Shown here in pieces: positions 15,245 to 33,617 of a stretch of 64,000 nt of DNA. The notes beneath the pieces were generated by a model that saw only the letters and a list, made by a program, of their open reading frames with translations, was not told where the DNA came from and did not search any database. Location of the stretch: assembly GCF_009914755.1 (NCBI RefSeq), contig NC_060940.1; one strand, given 5' to 3'. The DNA is from the human T2T-CHM13v2.0 reference genome, Homo sapiens. The position numbers were made by a program, and so were the translations under genes. Position 1 is the first letter of the stretch; the number at the start of each line of letters is the position of its first letter.

Positions 15245-15879
15245 AAAGCACTCCCCACAGCCTTTCAACCCACAGTCCTGGTATTTAGTGTCCCTGGAAA
15301 TGACATCAAAGGAACTGCCTTTCTTTCCAGCCTCAGTTTCCCCATCTGGAAACTGGGAGGGCTGATCTGCTCTAGGGGCTCTTGGGAGGATGGGGGAGGA
15401 GACCAGAGGCGCCTGAGCCCCATCGTGTGTGTGTGGAAGGAGGGAGTGGGAGTCAGTGTATTTTTACAAATTGAAGAAATTCCAAAACAGGGTCACAACA
15501 TATAACAGTATATTTTAAACTTTTAATTTAACAAGTTCATGTTACTTGCACATACCCCAGAATACAAGGCAATTGACTTGTGCTACTGACAAGAGAATGA
15601 GAAACCCTTTTAAGAAATGTTAATTTATTGTGCAATCCTGTGCTCTGGTTGGACTCCATGTTTGTATTTTCTGTTGAGCATCTTTTTTTAGTCCTGCTGA
15701 GGAGCTCTGTCACGAGAGGGCCTTGTTGGCTCTAAATTAGAGATCCTTGGGGGATTTGAGATCCCCTCTAAAGGGCCACCCCCTCCCCCAGGCCTTGAGC
15801 TTCCCAAGTTGGCCTAGGGTCTGACCTGCCAAATCTCCTTTAATTCTACAGTTAACCAAGACTCCCATCCCCCAAGATA

Positions 15880-15881
<2 letters not shown>

Positions 15882-15915
<34 letters not shown>
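15882..15915. repeat. (TG)17 microsatellite
   Basis: Read directly. Confidence 0.95.
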
Positions 15916-15919
<4 letters not shown>

Positions 15920-16124
15920 GAGCTGGAGAGGGGACAGGAAGGCACTAATATGAACTGAGTCCTCTTCCTCCATAAAAGGGGAGGAGGGTGAGGTCTGGTT
16001 GCTATAGAGGAGGACCAGGAAGGGCCCACCTACCTGCCTATGGCCATGTGGAGGACAGAGAAAACTCCAGAGTCTCCCAGAATGGAAAGGCCAGGTAGGG
16101 GATGGAGCAGGCAGGTTTCTGCAT

Positions 16125-16320
16125 TTGCTGAGGGCTTAGTGTGTGCCGGTTACTTTACAAACATAACCTTCAATAGAACACGGCAGCCCTGCAAAACAAG
16201 TTACCCTCATTTTATCCATGAAGAAACTAAGGCTCAGAGAAGCTACACCAGTAACTTACCCAAAGTCTCTATGCAGTTGATAAAGTTTGGATTTGAACCC
16301 AGACTCACTGCAGCAAACCC
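16125..16320 (-). mobile_element. MIR
   Basis: ctcattttatccatgaagaaactaaggctcagaga...ggatttgaacccagac. Confidence 0.75.
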
Positions 16321-16642
16321 CATTCTCCTCTTTCCACCCTATCACTATTTACCAAATGCTAACCACACTCAAGCTCTAAATTTTGCCATATCCACCTTCC
16401 ACCTGAACTGGTATTCACTTAATTGTTTTCTTTAAATTAACTCCGTTGATTTTAATATGTTTATTTGAAAAAGAAAGCCCTATATTGCTATGGTAAACAG
16501 GAAACCAGTGCCATCTGCCAAAAGTAGAAGACAAACTTATGAATATAAACACTATTGAAATAAAACAGTGTTAGTAAATTGTAGCCAGATACTGTTGCCT
16601 GAAAGGGTCCATGAGTCTGAGGTTTAGCGTCTATTAAAAGGG

Positions 16643-16767
16643 AGCCAGGTGCGGTGGTGCTTACCTGTAATCCCAGCTGCTCGGGAGGCTGAGGTTGGAG
16701 GATCGCTTGAGCCTGAGAGTTCCGAGGCAGCCTAGGCAACATAGCAAGACCCTGTCTCTTAAAAAAA
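16643..16767 (+). mobile_element. FLAM / free Alu monomer
   Basis: Single Alu arm ending in gaccctgtctcttaaaaaaa. Confidence 0.8.
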
Positions 16768-17257
16768 CAGTGGGGGTGATCAGTAAGATGTTAAAAGCAT
16801 GCTAACACAGAGAAGTCTTTCTTCTGTTATCAGAACTATTGCAAGATCATTGGAAAAGACAGTCATGTTCTCACTCTGATTCAGAGCCAGGAGATGCCTC
16901 CTCCCTGTACTGTCTACCAAGCCACCAGCTGGTGGGGTGTGTCCCAACTGGAAAGAACCCGTCCAGACCCCCAAGATCCCTCTCCAAGACGCAGAAAAAA
17001 AAACAGGACAATTGCTCCTCTGCCTTGTTTCTAAACCCTCTCCAGAGCCCAACCTGTCTGTCCCATTCACCTGCTACTTGCTATTCTTTGTTTTCTGTCT
17101 TTAAATATACTCCTGTCCCTCTAGGAAGATGGGAGACAGAAACCTGCGTCATACCTGCTTGTATTCCTGCTTCTGGTGTTTCGATAATGAACTTGGTGTG
17201 GGGGAAAGTAAGAGTGTGTTTGATGGAATTCTGGTCCCAGTCCTTCAGCCCCTTATA

Positions 17258-17650
17258 CTAGTAGTATACATCCCGACCCTGGCCATAGCCTCGTGATGAG
17301 AGGAATATATTCCTCAATTTGATCTTGAGCTTGGCCATGTGACTTGCTTTGGCCAATGAGATATTAGCAAAGATGACACACACAAAGAACGGAAGGGTGC
17401 CTGGGTGGTAGGATTTGCCCTCTCTCTCTTTTGCCATTTCCATGAGCATAGTATACCTCTGGCAGCTTAGTGGTCCCAGAAAATGAAAGACATGTGAAAT
17501 AGAGCTACCCTAGAGGACCTACAGAACTTCTGTCAGAGACACAGAGCTACTCCAGTCAAGCCACAGACATGTAAATGAGAAATGCATGCTAATTGTTGCA
17601 TGCCACTGCAGCTCATGGTTGTTTGTTTCACAGCAGTAGCTGGTCTATAT
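17258..17650 (+). mobile_element. MLT1-type (ERVL-MaLR) LTR
   Basis: ggccatgtgacttgctttggccaatgagat...ttgttgcatgccactg...ttgtttcacagcagtagctg. Confidence 0.75.
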
Positions 17651-18109
17651 GGAGAGAGAGAAAGAACTGTAAGGAAGGCATTTGAAGGTATGGAAAGTCA
17701 TCGAGGATGGGGGCTTGGTTCAGGGTGGGATAGAAGATAATTGATTATGCAGTGATCTCTCATGTGTCTTTCCTGGCTTGAACATTTTAGGGTTCTGCAG
17801 TCTCTTGTACCTGGATCCTGTTCACTCTTTCTTGTTCTTAGAAGGAATGACTAGGGGTGCCCATGCCTGGGTGCAAATCTGATCCCCAACCTTAAGAAAG
17901 CCGAACAGAACTCAACGTTGTAGCAGCATAGGTCATGGAGAAGACAACGTGGACTCTTGTTAAGAAGGATGGAGATTTTTTCAAATAGCCACAAACTCCT
18001 GATGGGAATAGATTGAATATGAATGTGATTCAACCATCATAACCCACTTTTAGTTGGTGGGTTAGCTGAATCTTAACAGATGCCAGGGGTTTTACTAACT
18101 TCCATTCAG

Positions 18110-18556
<447 letters not shown>

Positions 18557-19572
18557 TAAGTGTGGCTCAGCTGGCTGCCATCTTGGTGTGAGTCAGATGG
18601 TTGGGTAGCCCCCAAGTCCTTACTGTATGAAGAGTCAGGAAATCTGAATTCCTTAGAGTGGGACCTGAGAAACATGCTTTCTTGAGGCCATTTCCTCCCT
18701 GCCGCCCACCTCCACAGACTGGGTTGGGAAAAGGATGGGGATAATGATTTCAAGCCCTAGTATCGTCCGACTTAAAGCTCAGAGCTCTGGGTCTCATAGC
18801 TTCTCACCGTGAGTCAGGGGGTAAAGCCATACCTTTTGAGTCTGACCTTTCCTGCTTCCTTTTGTCTCTGATTTCTGTCACAGAAACACCTACAAACTGC
18901 TGTCATAAAACATCCTGCAAATGCAATAAGAATGAACAGTACAAATAGTGTCCGTTTGACTTATGACAAAGGTTTGACTAAGCACCAAAGGCAACAACCA
19001 CAGAATTTCCAAACTTCTGGAGAAACAGCCCCAAACCATGCTGTTTTAGGCTGTTTCGTGTCTCCTAAAGCCATCACATGAAATGAATGCAAATGTCTGT
19101 GAGTAGAACAAAGGTAAGTGGCTGTGCCCTGGTTTTTCCCATTATAGAAACATCTGGCTGCTTGACTCTGGTTCTGTTTTCATCAGGAGGTTTGGCACCA
19201 CAGGAATGGAGCTTCAGAGCTCTCCCAGATTTGAATTTCCCTGAAATACGGTCAGAAAGGATAACAGGAAGCAGGGGGTGGGGGTTGTGCTCCACCACCA
19301 GAGTCATTACTACCCAAACGTCTGGAACCCAGCGTGGCTCATGGGATGTTCTTGGCAAGTCACAGAAGAAAGTCCCCAGGTGTCCCCAGAGTGGCAAGGA
19401 GGATGGAGGCCAGCTCTCTTGGCCTGTCTTCTGAAAAGAACAGTTTGGCACTAAAAAGTTTTGCAAAGAAGAAGAAAAAAAGATGTTTCTGTTGTTAATA
19501 ATGTCCCAGGAGTGGGCTGTCATTTTCCCAGGATCCCAAGTACAGTCATAAAAGCGATCCCTCAGTCTATGA

Positions 19573-19881
<309 letters not shown>

Positions 19882-20879
19882 CATCCTTGTACTTTTCTAA
19901 ATATATTTTTTTTAATTTTACAAAAAAATTATTTCCCTTCTGCCAAAAAGGTGATTTTTTCCAATTATTCACTCAATGTATACATATTTTGAATCTCCCA
20001 TGTGCCAGACATTATTGGAGACTTTGGGAATATAGCAGTGAGTGAACCAACTTGTCCCCAAAACCCCTTGATCTCATGGAACTCACTAACCAACCCTGGT
20101 CAGTTCTGCTCATTATCCTTCTTCATACCGAAATGTGTTTTATTTTTCTTTGCAAGATTGCTGGGTATCTTTTTGTGAGGTGTCTCTTAGTCTATAAAAC
20201 CATGGAAATATCTTCCTAATCCAAGTGACCTCAGTTGCCTACCCCGCCGCAGGCAACTTCAACCTTAGGACTCTGGCCAGACTCTCGCATCCTTACAAAT
20301 CTTTGGATCTGGGGAAGTGAGGATGCCTTCCATTTCTACCCTACTGCCCCATGCATGGTCCAGCAGTTCAAAATTCAAAGAATGATGTGGCGGGAGGAGG
20401 CCTAGGAATTCCTCCCCATTCTCTCCTCCTGGCAGGAAGGTACGTAAACTATTCTGGATGAATGAGATTCTTGATTTTAAAGGCCTTATATGTTGACATT
20501 CTGGAATTCCCTCGTAATGTGGGATTAAAATCCTCTTGGACACAGGCTATGTCTGTTTGCTCTTGTTCGTTCCTCCGTTGTTTGATGTCCTCTGAGAGGT
20601 GGGGGTCCAAGATAAGGCAGCCTCAGCCTCCAGACTCCAGCCTCTGCCTTCAGCAACCAGCACAGTGGAGATGCTCACGTGAGGGGCTTTTCTTCCATAA
20701 TGCTGTTTCCAATCTGTAATTAGATTTGTATTTTTTCAAGTGTGTGCTTGCTTATTGTCTTCATTCCCCAATAGAACACAAGCTTACCGAGAGCAGAGGT
20801 TTCATCTATCTTACCCGTGGCTTTTCCACCAATGTCTTCACACAGTGGGTGAACAACCAGTGTTCCTATTAGTCTTTTA

Positions 20880-21199
<320 letters not shown>

Positions 21200-21689
21200 T
21201 AATCTTTACAGTGCCTATATGAAAATTAGAAAAAGATGCCTCTTCTGAGCCAATGATTTAGAAAATAGTAACCTCTCAGGGCAGATAGCTTGACAAATAG
21301 ATAGCACCTTGGTGCAAACGGAAAAAAATGCCCCTTCCTCTAGGCAGACACAACCCCAAGCCAGGCATATGGTTTGGTGAAGAGTCTGTAGGCTGCATTT
21401 CACCCTCTAATCTCCAGGCTGGGAATCCTTGTGCAGGGCACAAATTATACAAAAGGAAGGGGCATGAGAACCAATAAATATTTGATGAATGAGTTAACGA
21501 ATGAAAGGCACATCCTTGGGGGATGTGTGGTGGTTTTTAAAAATGTCTGCAAATTCTGTGACAGCCCATTGAGAGCTTTGGACCCATTGATTGGTGTCCA
21601 GTCAATCAACAGTATATGGTGCAAGCAAGTATGTGGCTTCCAAGGCCAGGTCATAAAAGACCATGCATGCTCAGCCTGGTTCTCTGGAG

Positions 21690-22690
<1,001 letters not shown>

Positions 22691-24207
22691 CTGTGAAGAA
22701 ATTTGGGGAGGGAAAGTGTGGACTCAGGTGGAGAAATAACAAGATGAGAAATGATAGTAACTTGAAATTCAAGATTTCATTCATACTGCAGAATGATGCT
22801 GGGTCTAGGAGAAGAATAATCCAAAGGGGATTCCGAGGTTCTTTTGGGGAGATGTCTAGAGAAAATCATGTTATTTATAGGACTGAAGAGTCTGGGGGTC
22901 GGATGAAATGGACAATTCTCTGGGGGCCATATGTGAAGGGTTTGGCTCGGTGCCTTGGAGTGTCTGATGGTGCAGATGTTTCTTAAAGTGCTGGGGACAC
23001 ACTGAACTCTGGGGATAGGATGGTCTAACTCAGGTAATAAGGAATAATTCACTGGGCAGCTTCTATGTGAGCTGCACTTTGATGATGGAGTAGTTGGCCA
23101 GAGAGCAGGGGGCAGGGGCGGTTCCCGAGGATGCCTGGTCACAAATGAAGCTTCATGTATTTACCCGTCTGGCTTCCAAAGGGAAGCTTAGGGCAGCTTA
23201 CCATCAAAGACACAGACACAATAGAGCTGACACAAAAGGAATACAAACTACACAGATGGAGGAGGAAGCAAATACATGAGCCCAGAGATTTGAAAGATGA
23301 ATGCACCTATGAGTCACCGAGGAACATAGTAACTATGTAAATTTCTAGACCCCACTTCTTAAGGTGCTGGTACAGTAGATCTGGGGTGAAAGCCCAGGGA
23401 TCTGCGTATTTAACAAGCCTCCCTCCCCTGCAAAGTGATTCTGACATAGGTGATGAATGGACCACATTTCAAGAAACACCGCTTTAATCCTTTCAGCAAA
23501 TGCAGTCATAGTAAGTGAGTATCAGATTTAACGCTGGAGCCCCTGACACCCTAGGCACGATGGTGAGCTGACATCCTATTGAGAAAGGTTTTCTTGGCTG
23601 ATGGAGAGCTGCCTTATATTCCCACAGAGGTGGCCCATAGGAGAGCATCACTGGCTCAATTGAACTACCTTGACCTTCAGTTGCATCTCTCTGTTACTAG
23701 AGAGGGCTTTGTGTGAATCCTTGGCTAGGGTAGGAGTCGGATTTTGCCACCAAGGCACCATGGCACAAACAGCACCAGAATAACCAGCCTAAGTGTGTAA
23801 ACTGCTGGAATATGCATGGTCAACTTGGCATTGAGAATGACGATGAGCTGGTAAGATAAGGGTTAACATTTCCAGCCCTGGAACAGCCACTCTCCCTCCT
23901 GGGAGTGATTCTGGGCAGACAAGGTGGGACCATGTTTGCTCAGCCTCCAGGACCAGACAAAGTGGATAGTGTAGGGATGTGATGCTTTTGAAAATCTAGT
24001 GTGTGTGCTGTCCTCACCTAAGCTTCCAGAGCATTTTTGATTCTGTGCTCCTTGCAATTTCTCCTACTTCTTTATTAATCCTTTCTTAGGTTTCAGTAGC
24101 CCTTTCCTTGCTTCTGAAAAGCTTGAAACCTCTCCCCAGGCATTGAGCAATGGGAGGGAGACATAGATGGTGGGGTGGCTGACTGATGAGGACAGACTTT
24201 ATCTAGG

Positions 24208-24372
24208 ACATTGCTACTTAAAGTGTGGTCCATGGACCAGCAGCATCAGCGTCCCTGGGAACTTGTGAAAAATGCAGACTCTGAGGTCCCACCCAGCCTT
24301 GGTGGCTCAGAATCTATTATTTTCACAAAATCTCTAGGTGAGTCACCTGCGTGTTAAAGTTTGAGAAGTGCT
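24208..24372. mobile_element. MER5A-type hAT MITE
   Basis: aaagtgtggtccatggaccagcagcatcagc...aaatgcagactct...aaagtttgagaagtgctg. Confidence 0.8.
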
Positions 24373-24554
24373 GCTGTACTTATTCCTTCATCCCACAACT
24401 ATTTTTTGAGGGCTTCCCAAGGGCCAGACTCTGTCCCAGTGCTGGGGCACAGTGACAAATGAAAATGACATAGTCCCTGACTCAGTGAAGGGAACAGACT
24501 AGTGAGGGGGCTATGAGATATTAATAAATACCCAAGCAAACAAACATTCCATTA

Positions 24555-25112
<558 letters not shown>

Positions 25113-26082
25113 CTAGAATGGATGCCCAGGTCTTGTCCTGGATCATGCAAGTGAATTAGAACCTCAAATGTCAGAGCTCAGATTGTAAGATTCCTGGAGA
25201 AGCAGCTAGCGCTGACCATACACGGTTATAAGTTCATCCCGTCCATCCGCGCCCATGGGATCGTCTTCAACCCAGCCCTATTCAGCCTGGTGCTGAAGCA
25301 TGGAGGCTGAGGATGCCCGGGCTCATTCCTTGCTCCAGGATTGTAAAAGCCTGTTAGACACCAGTCCTAGTGCTTGGAAACTGTTATTCTAGGGCCTCCT
25401 TCTTCTAGGGTGGATCCGAGGTTTTGTGGCCAGAAAACTGGCAAATCAGCCTTTGGCTAAAGATTAGGGAAGGAGATGTTTTGTTCTGTTTTTCCTGAAA
25501 TGGTTTCTAAATGTTCCCCCTCCCAAGGGTACTAATCACCTCTCCAACCAGCCAGTTCCTATGGCATGACAGGAGCCTACAGCATAAGTCTCCACATGGT
25601 CACCCCCTCCCGTGGCAGCACTCCAGACTCCCCTAACCAGAGAGAGGAGGCATCAGGTGGGACGGGGTGCTCAGAGCTGAAAAAATACTGGGAAGCTGGA
25701 GAAATGACGGAGGGAACCACAAAGACTTTTTCCCAACCTAATACAATGGAGGTGATCCCCCGGGCGGGGGTGGATTGGGCGGGAGGGGAGTGTTTGTTAA
25801 AAATTTACATCACTGGGTCCATCATCCAAACCCACTGAATCAGAATCTCCAGGGGAAGGGACTGAGAATTATCATTTTTAGAAGTAAGGGGTGGAGCACT
25901 AGGCGACTGTATGTCCAGGGGAGTTGGAAAATCTGATGTGGAAGGAACAAGCTCAGAGAGGACTTGACTTGCTCAAGGGCACATGGCAGGTCAGGAGACA
26001 ACACAAGATGTTGGTCAAGAAAACAACAAGAAAACCAAGCTCCTGGTCCAGTGGATTTTCCCCTAATTTGGTTGGTTTCAAC

Positions 26083-26213
26083 CATTTTTTTTTTTAAAGA
26101 GATGGGGTCTCACTTTGTTGCCCAGACTGGTCTCAAATTCCTGGGCCCAAGTGATCCTCCCATCTTGGCCTCCCAAAGTGCTGGGATTACAGATGTGAGC
26201 CACCATACCTGGT
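26083..26213 (-). mobile_element. FLAM / Alu monomer
   Basis: Single reverse left arm. Confidence 0.8.
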
Positions 26214-26599
26214 CTCAACCTTTTAAGAATCAGAATCTTTTATCTTTTTGTTCAGATGAAATATTGTGGAGAACAGAATGTATAAATCAGACCTAAAGGA
26301 GGGGGGGTTAAGGGGGCCATGGCACATAGCAGGTGCTCAACAAATACCTGTGGAATGAATGAAAGAATAATATCTCTCCTAAAGAAAGAGCACACAGGCC
26401 TCAACTCAGAAGTTTGGTTAGGCAACAGCCTCCAGGTAGAATTGAAAATCATTGTTTTGCTTTGGCTCTGTTTTTCTAATTTCCTTCCATTCAGGCTTGA
26501 GATTGTGATTTTCTGTTTATGGTAGTGGTAAAAAAAAATTCATTTTGAAATAAATTTAAGTCAAAAACATAAGTTGATTTTTTTTAAATGAAGTAAAAT

Positions 26600-26768
26600 C
26601 AAAGGTCACGAAACTTTTTCTATAAAGGGCCAGATAGCAAATATTTTTAACTTTGCAGGCCATTCATCTCAACTATAAATGGGTGGGCCTGGCTGTGTTC
26701 CAATAAAACTTTATTTACAAAGGCAGACTTGGGATCATATTTGGCCCACAGGCTGCAATTGAACAAAC
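26600..26768. mobile_element. MER58A-type hAT element
   Basis: aaactttttctataaagggccagatagcaaatatttt...ggctgtgttccaataaaactttatttacaaa. Confidence 0.8.
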
Positions 26769-27499
26769 TCTGAAATAATAATATAGGTAGGAGGTACTGA
26801 AAAGGCAGTAACTGTGAAGGTGGTATTGGGATGACCAAATTCAGAACTCTGTTCCAGCATAAATCTAGGAAATCAAGGACAATAACACAGAGAAGTAGAG
26901 AGTGAATCTTGGGGCCTCTTCCCCACGTGCAGCCCCCAGACCTTTCATGGCACATCTATCGATCCTGCCCTTTTGCATCCCCCAAAAGGGATGTTAAGGG
27001 ATCCCCCCAGAAACGTTCTAAGGGCTTTAATTCCTGTCTTTCCTCTTTGCAGTTGTATCCAGTGCCTATCCATTTAATAAACTGGGGCTGGGTCTGAGGA
27101 CACTTAGCAGACATAGGAGGGCCAAGGAAGCGCCCTTCAACCCAAATCACCCTCTCGTATCCCCTTCTCTGTGCCAGACTCTGCAGAGAATGTTCCTTTG
27201 GCTTCTCGAGGTGTCACTGGGTAAAATTCTTAGATGGGAAGCCCCGTGAATCCATTGTCAGTCATTATCCCATTAGCTACACATCAACTGTTAGCACCTT
27301 AGCTAGAGCACGAGCAACCAGCTTTGCGAAGTGACAGAACAGAATATGGAGTGGAAAGAGTCCAGAGAGGTGGGGCCCATCCCAGCATTTTCTAGGAAGG
27401 GAAAGTAAAACTTAGGGGATAGAGAAAGGAGACATAGCAAGTGATGACAGACACCAGACTGTCCTCAGTATCGCCCATCTAAGCTTCTCTTCCTTACTC

Positions 27500-28270
<771 letters not shown>

Positions 28271-29119
28271 GATCTCCAAATTCTTAATGACCACACTCAA
28301 CTGTCTTGTGTCCCCCTCAAGTTTCTCTCCTTAGTGGCCTCTTCATGCATTTATCTTGACCCAATCTCCATTTCATTTCCAGCCCCGGAATACTTCCTCC
28401 TTTCCCTCCACCAGGAGGTGAGATGCTCTCAGGAAGCCTGACTCAAGTGACCTTGTGCCCAGCACATCCTCGTTCCTGGAAGGATGCCAGGGAACCTCTG
28501 GGTCCTTTCAGTTGATGGTCTCAAACCCAGAGTCAGTGCAGACTGGGGCTGTTCTGAGGAAGGGAGACCAGGTGCCTCCCCATCTGCAGGGCAGGAGTGT
28601 CACAGTTCACTGGCTGGCACCCTCACCAGCCCACACCCTACACTCACCCAACCAGTTGGGCCACACCACCCACATGCCAGGCGGATCCGTTTGGACGGGC
28701 GCACAGCATGACCCAGCTTGTCTGCCACCTGTCCTCGGCTGCTGGGTTCCTCCCATCCTCCCACCTCCCAGGTGCCCCAGGTCCAGGTGTTCAAGGGCTC
28801 CTCCGTGCACATGCCCCTCCTCCATGAGAACGCTTTGTGTGTCTCACAAAGAAGAGAAACAGATCGTTTCCTGGAAGCTCAGGGAAGATCACTGCTGGGG
28901 ATTCCCTGGCCCTGGGTGCCGGGCTCCCCTTTGTGGGAAGTGATTCTGAAGCCCAAGTATTCCTGTATGGAGGGAGGTTGGAGAAGTTCTTCCCCAAGGG
29001 GATGGAAGGCCAGGTTGGCGTTCTGATATGACTTCCTTGTCTCTTGCCTGGCCTCAGTTTTCCCATTTGAAAACAGGACAAAGAATTCCCTCATTGTAAC
29101 TCTCTGAAGTATTCTATAG

Positions 29120-29511
<392 letters not shown>

Positions 29512-31029
29512 TCAAATATCATTTTTTTGAAACGCTGGCCAAGTTCCAGGGGCTCTGCCTGGCCCAGGAAGGTAGGAGGAGGCGCAACACTCAGAGAAGG
29601 GGCTTACACCAAACGGGAGGCCGACAAAAGCACATCAACATATAAGGCAGCCAAGCAACCTCAGCTCACGATATGTGCCCTGAGGAAAATATAGCTGGAG
29701 GACGTGGTAGACACTGACCACAGGGGCAGGGCAGGGCCTGAGGACACCGCGGATAAAGGCTGAAACAACCAGAAAGAACCACCGTGAGAAGGAAGGTCTG
29801 CCGCTGAATGTTCTGAGCGAGGAAGCAGCAAGTCCAAGTGCCCTGGGGTGACTAGGAGCTTGCCCTGTCTGAGGCATAATCAGTGACCGTGTTGCTGAAA
29901 CATGGCGCACGATGGGGAAAGTGGCAGGAATGAGGTCAGAGGGAAAGGCTGGGGCGGGAGCCTGTGGGGAGCCCTCTGAGGATTCTGCGTGCAGCAAGAG
30001 CCTCCCCAGCCACAGGAGATACAAGATCTTGCATGACTTGGGAGGAGCCTAGAAGTGGGTACCACCTTCCTCCCCCACCCCTGGTTCCCTGGGGCTGGGA
30101 CTCCTATTTGGAGAGAGGATCTGATCGGCTTAGCTTGGGTTATATGTCCACCCCCATGGCCATGGGGAAGCCAGAACCCCTTATTAGACACCCCCATCCC
30201 CCAGATCTGTACAGCATGGCCAAAGGGTAGTTCCCAAAAGGGAATGCATGCAGCTAGCAGAGAAAGGAGGACTGGGCACTGGGCAAACAGAAGCCACAGC
30301 TGTGCGCTCCTTTCCACCTGACTCCCACTTCCGACCTAGATTTTGATGCCTTTCTCTGCTGTCTGAGCCCCACTCGCCACCATTTCCTACCCACCCCAGG
30401 AGTTTCTGGGATACTGGGTGGCACCCATTTGTCACTTAATAGAATCATAAAACTGAGAGAAATGCCCAGGACCATCGTGTCACTGTTGCACTTTGGAGAT
30501 GGGGAAACAGTCTGGCGTGGTGAGAAGCCATGGGTCCTAGAACTTTGTGCTTCTGATTTACCCACCATGGAATTCTGCTGCTTCTTTTAGGATTCCTGAA
30601 GGAATTCCTTGTCCCCCGCTCCCACCTTCAGCAGCTTCATTTCACCCATGTGGGTGTGGCCACAATGTAAGGAGATGGTTTTTCTTTTCCTTGTGCAACC
30701 CAGCTAAGAAGTTTGCATCACACGTCATGTTTCCCCATAGACATACTACAGCTTATGGAGCTGGCTATGCCTGGGTTTGACTGACTGTGTGACATTACAC
30801 AGTCATTTAACCTCTCCGTGCCTTCATTTTCTCATCTGTAAAATGGGACTACTACTACTACTACTCCCTACCTCCTAGGACTGCGGAAAGGTTGAGTTCG
30901 AATACGCAAAGCACTTAGAATAACCCTTCGGGTATATTACCTTCAGAGTGGTGATGTGTAATTTGTAAGCCCCTACAATGACTTGCACACACTTCATGCT
31001 TTGAAACTCTTTGTGAATTTCTTTTGTTC

Positions 31030-31630
31030 CTTCATTCAACTAACACCTTTTGGGCATTTGCCAGGCCCAGGCACTCACAGTGAACAGGCCAGACAAGGTC
31101 CCCACCCTCTCTAGGGGTAGAGATAGACCATGGGGGGAAAAATCAATCAGTCAATAAGCAAGAAAACAAGACACTTTCAGTATGACAAGTGCTAGGAAGA
31201 AATGAAACAGGGTGACAGAGAGAGAGTGGTGAGGGCGCTGTTGAGGCAGTGATCTGGGAAGATCTCTCTGAAGGGTGACAGTTAGACTAGAAGAGTAACC
31301 AGCCATGGAACAAAAACTTCTTGTAGAGGACATAAACAGCAGGTGCAAAGTCCCTGGGGTAGGGAAGAGTCACGTGCGTGTGATGGAAAGGAGGAAGTTG
31401 CTATGGCTGGAATGAGTTGGGGGAATGAGAGATAAGGAGAAACCAGAGAGGCAGGCAGGGGCCACATTAAGCAGCTCTCCTTGACCATGGTAGGAATTTG
31501 AATTTGATCCTAAGGATGGTGGAAGCCTGTGAACAGCTGAAGCAGTGGAGTGAATGAGCCAATTCATGTTTTCTGGCTACTGTGGGAGAAATGGATTGGA
31601 GGGGACAAGATTAGAAAAGGAGAGACCAGT
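31030..31630 (-). mobile_element. L2 fragment
   Basis: ttcattcaac...gtgacagttagactaga...aggtgcaaagtccctggggtaggga...ggagagaccagtcatgaggctg. Confidence 0.75.
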
Positions 31631-31751
31631 CATGAGGCTGTTGAGAAATGGTGAGACATATCCTTGGGTCCCTACAGAGCACTTAGCCAGGCACCTGGGG
31701 CACCTCATCAAAGAGCACTGCTCACAACCTGCAGGTGGTCCCTGCTTGTGA

Positions 31752-32155
<404 letters not shown>

Positions 32156-32543
32156 CAGGAATCAGTCTTGTTCCAGCAGCCCTGCTAGGGCCCTGGCTCT
32201 GGCCTCTTTCCAACCTCCGGGGAGTGCCCAGGGCAGAAATCCGGCCCTGCCCACCCTGGGCTGCACACCGATAACCTCCCCAAAGGGAAGCCGTTTGTTT
32301 GGAAGGAAATGGTGCAGAATGAGCAGTGGCCACGCTTAAAATAGGGCTGGAGCCTGGTTTCCAGGGCTGAGCTGGGAGCGCTGGAGCTGAGATTTCAGTG
32401 GCTGAGACGTTCGGTGGCCTTTCCCGGGGCTGTGGAGATCAGATTCCGTTTGGCACCCTCTGCCTTGCCCCAAGGAGCTTCCAAGAGTTTTCTTGTAATG
32501 CCATTCTTGGGGCAATGCGCTAAGCATTCAGGGGCATAATCAC

Positions 32544-32781
<238 letters not shown>

Positions 32782-33064
32782 AGGGGCATGATCACTTTTA
32801 ATCCTCAGTCCTGGGAAGTGGGGGCATAATAAGCCCTCGTTTCAAAGAGCAGAGCACAGAGGTGTTGATGGGTTTAAAGTCCTGTCCAAGAGCGAGCTCC
32901 TCTCAATGCCTTGGGGGGATCCAGAGGAAGATGACAGTTCCACAGAGGGGTCTTTGGGGCTGACCCATGACACTTTACTCTCCCTGTCTCTACTTCCTCC
33001 TTCATTCTGGCATTTTCTTGTCCCCATCTCACCCCATGATGAGGAAGAGGGTTGGAAGTTGGGA

Positions 33065-33450
33065 ATTATAATCACCTGGCTGCACCCTGGTAACACCTGG
33101 GGAACTTTTAAAAGATGCTGCTGCCAACACCCCACCTCTGACCAATTCAGTCAGGTACTGGGGTGGGGCCCTGGCACTGGTCTTTAAAAAAAAAAAAAAA
33201 AAAGATTTCCCCGGGGAATCCTAACATGCAGCCAAGGTTGACAGCCACTGCTTTAAAGCCTTTCCAATTCCAATCCTGCAGTTCCCCGCCTTGACGGATT
33301 GTCGCAAATCACCTGGGTAGATGTTATTATGAACTCACATCTGAGCTGCACCCCAGGCCAATTAAGCTAGGATCCCTGAGGATGGGGTCTGGGCACTATA
33401 TTTTTGAAGAGCTCTCACAGGTGATTCCCAAGGGCAGGCAAGGTGGGGAA
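33065..33450. mobile_element. Two adjacent MER5-type MITEs
   Basis: Two successive cacctgg...aaaagatgc / tggggtctgggcact...aggtgattc units. Confidence 0.6.
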
Positions 33451-33617
33451 GCTCTGTGAGTCCAGTCTCGTAGGTGTACAGATAGGGAAACTGAGGCCCA
33501 GAGGAAGGTGGCAACTTGTCCAGGGTCACACAGCAGCTAGTGGAGTTCAAACCCAACACTCTAGACCCCCCAGGCTAGCACAGCCCTAATGCAGGAGGTC
33601 TAGGGGCCTACTGCCTG

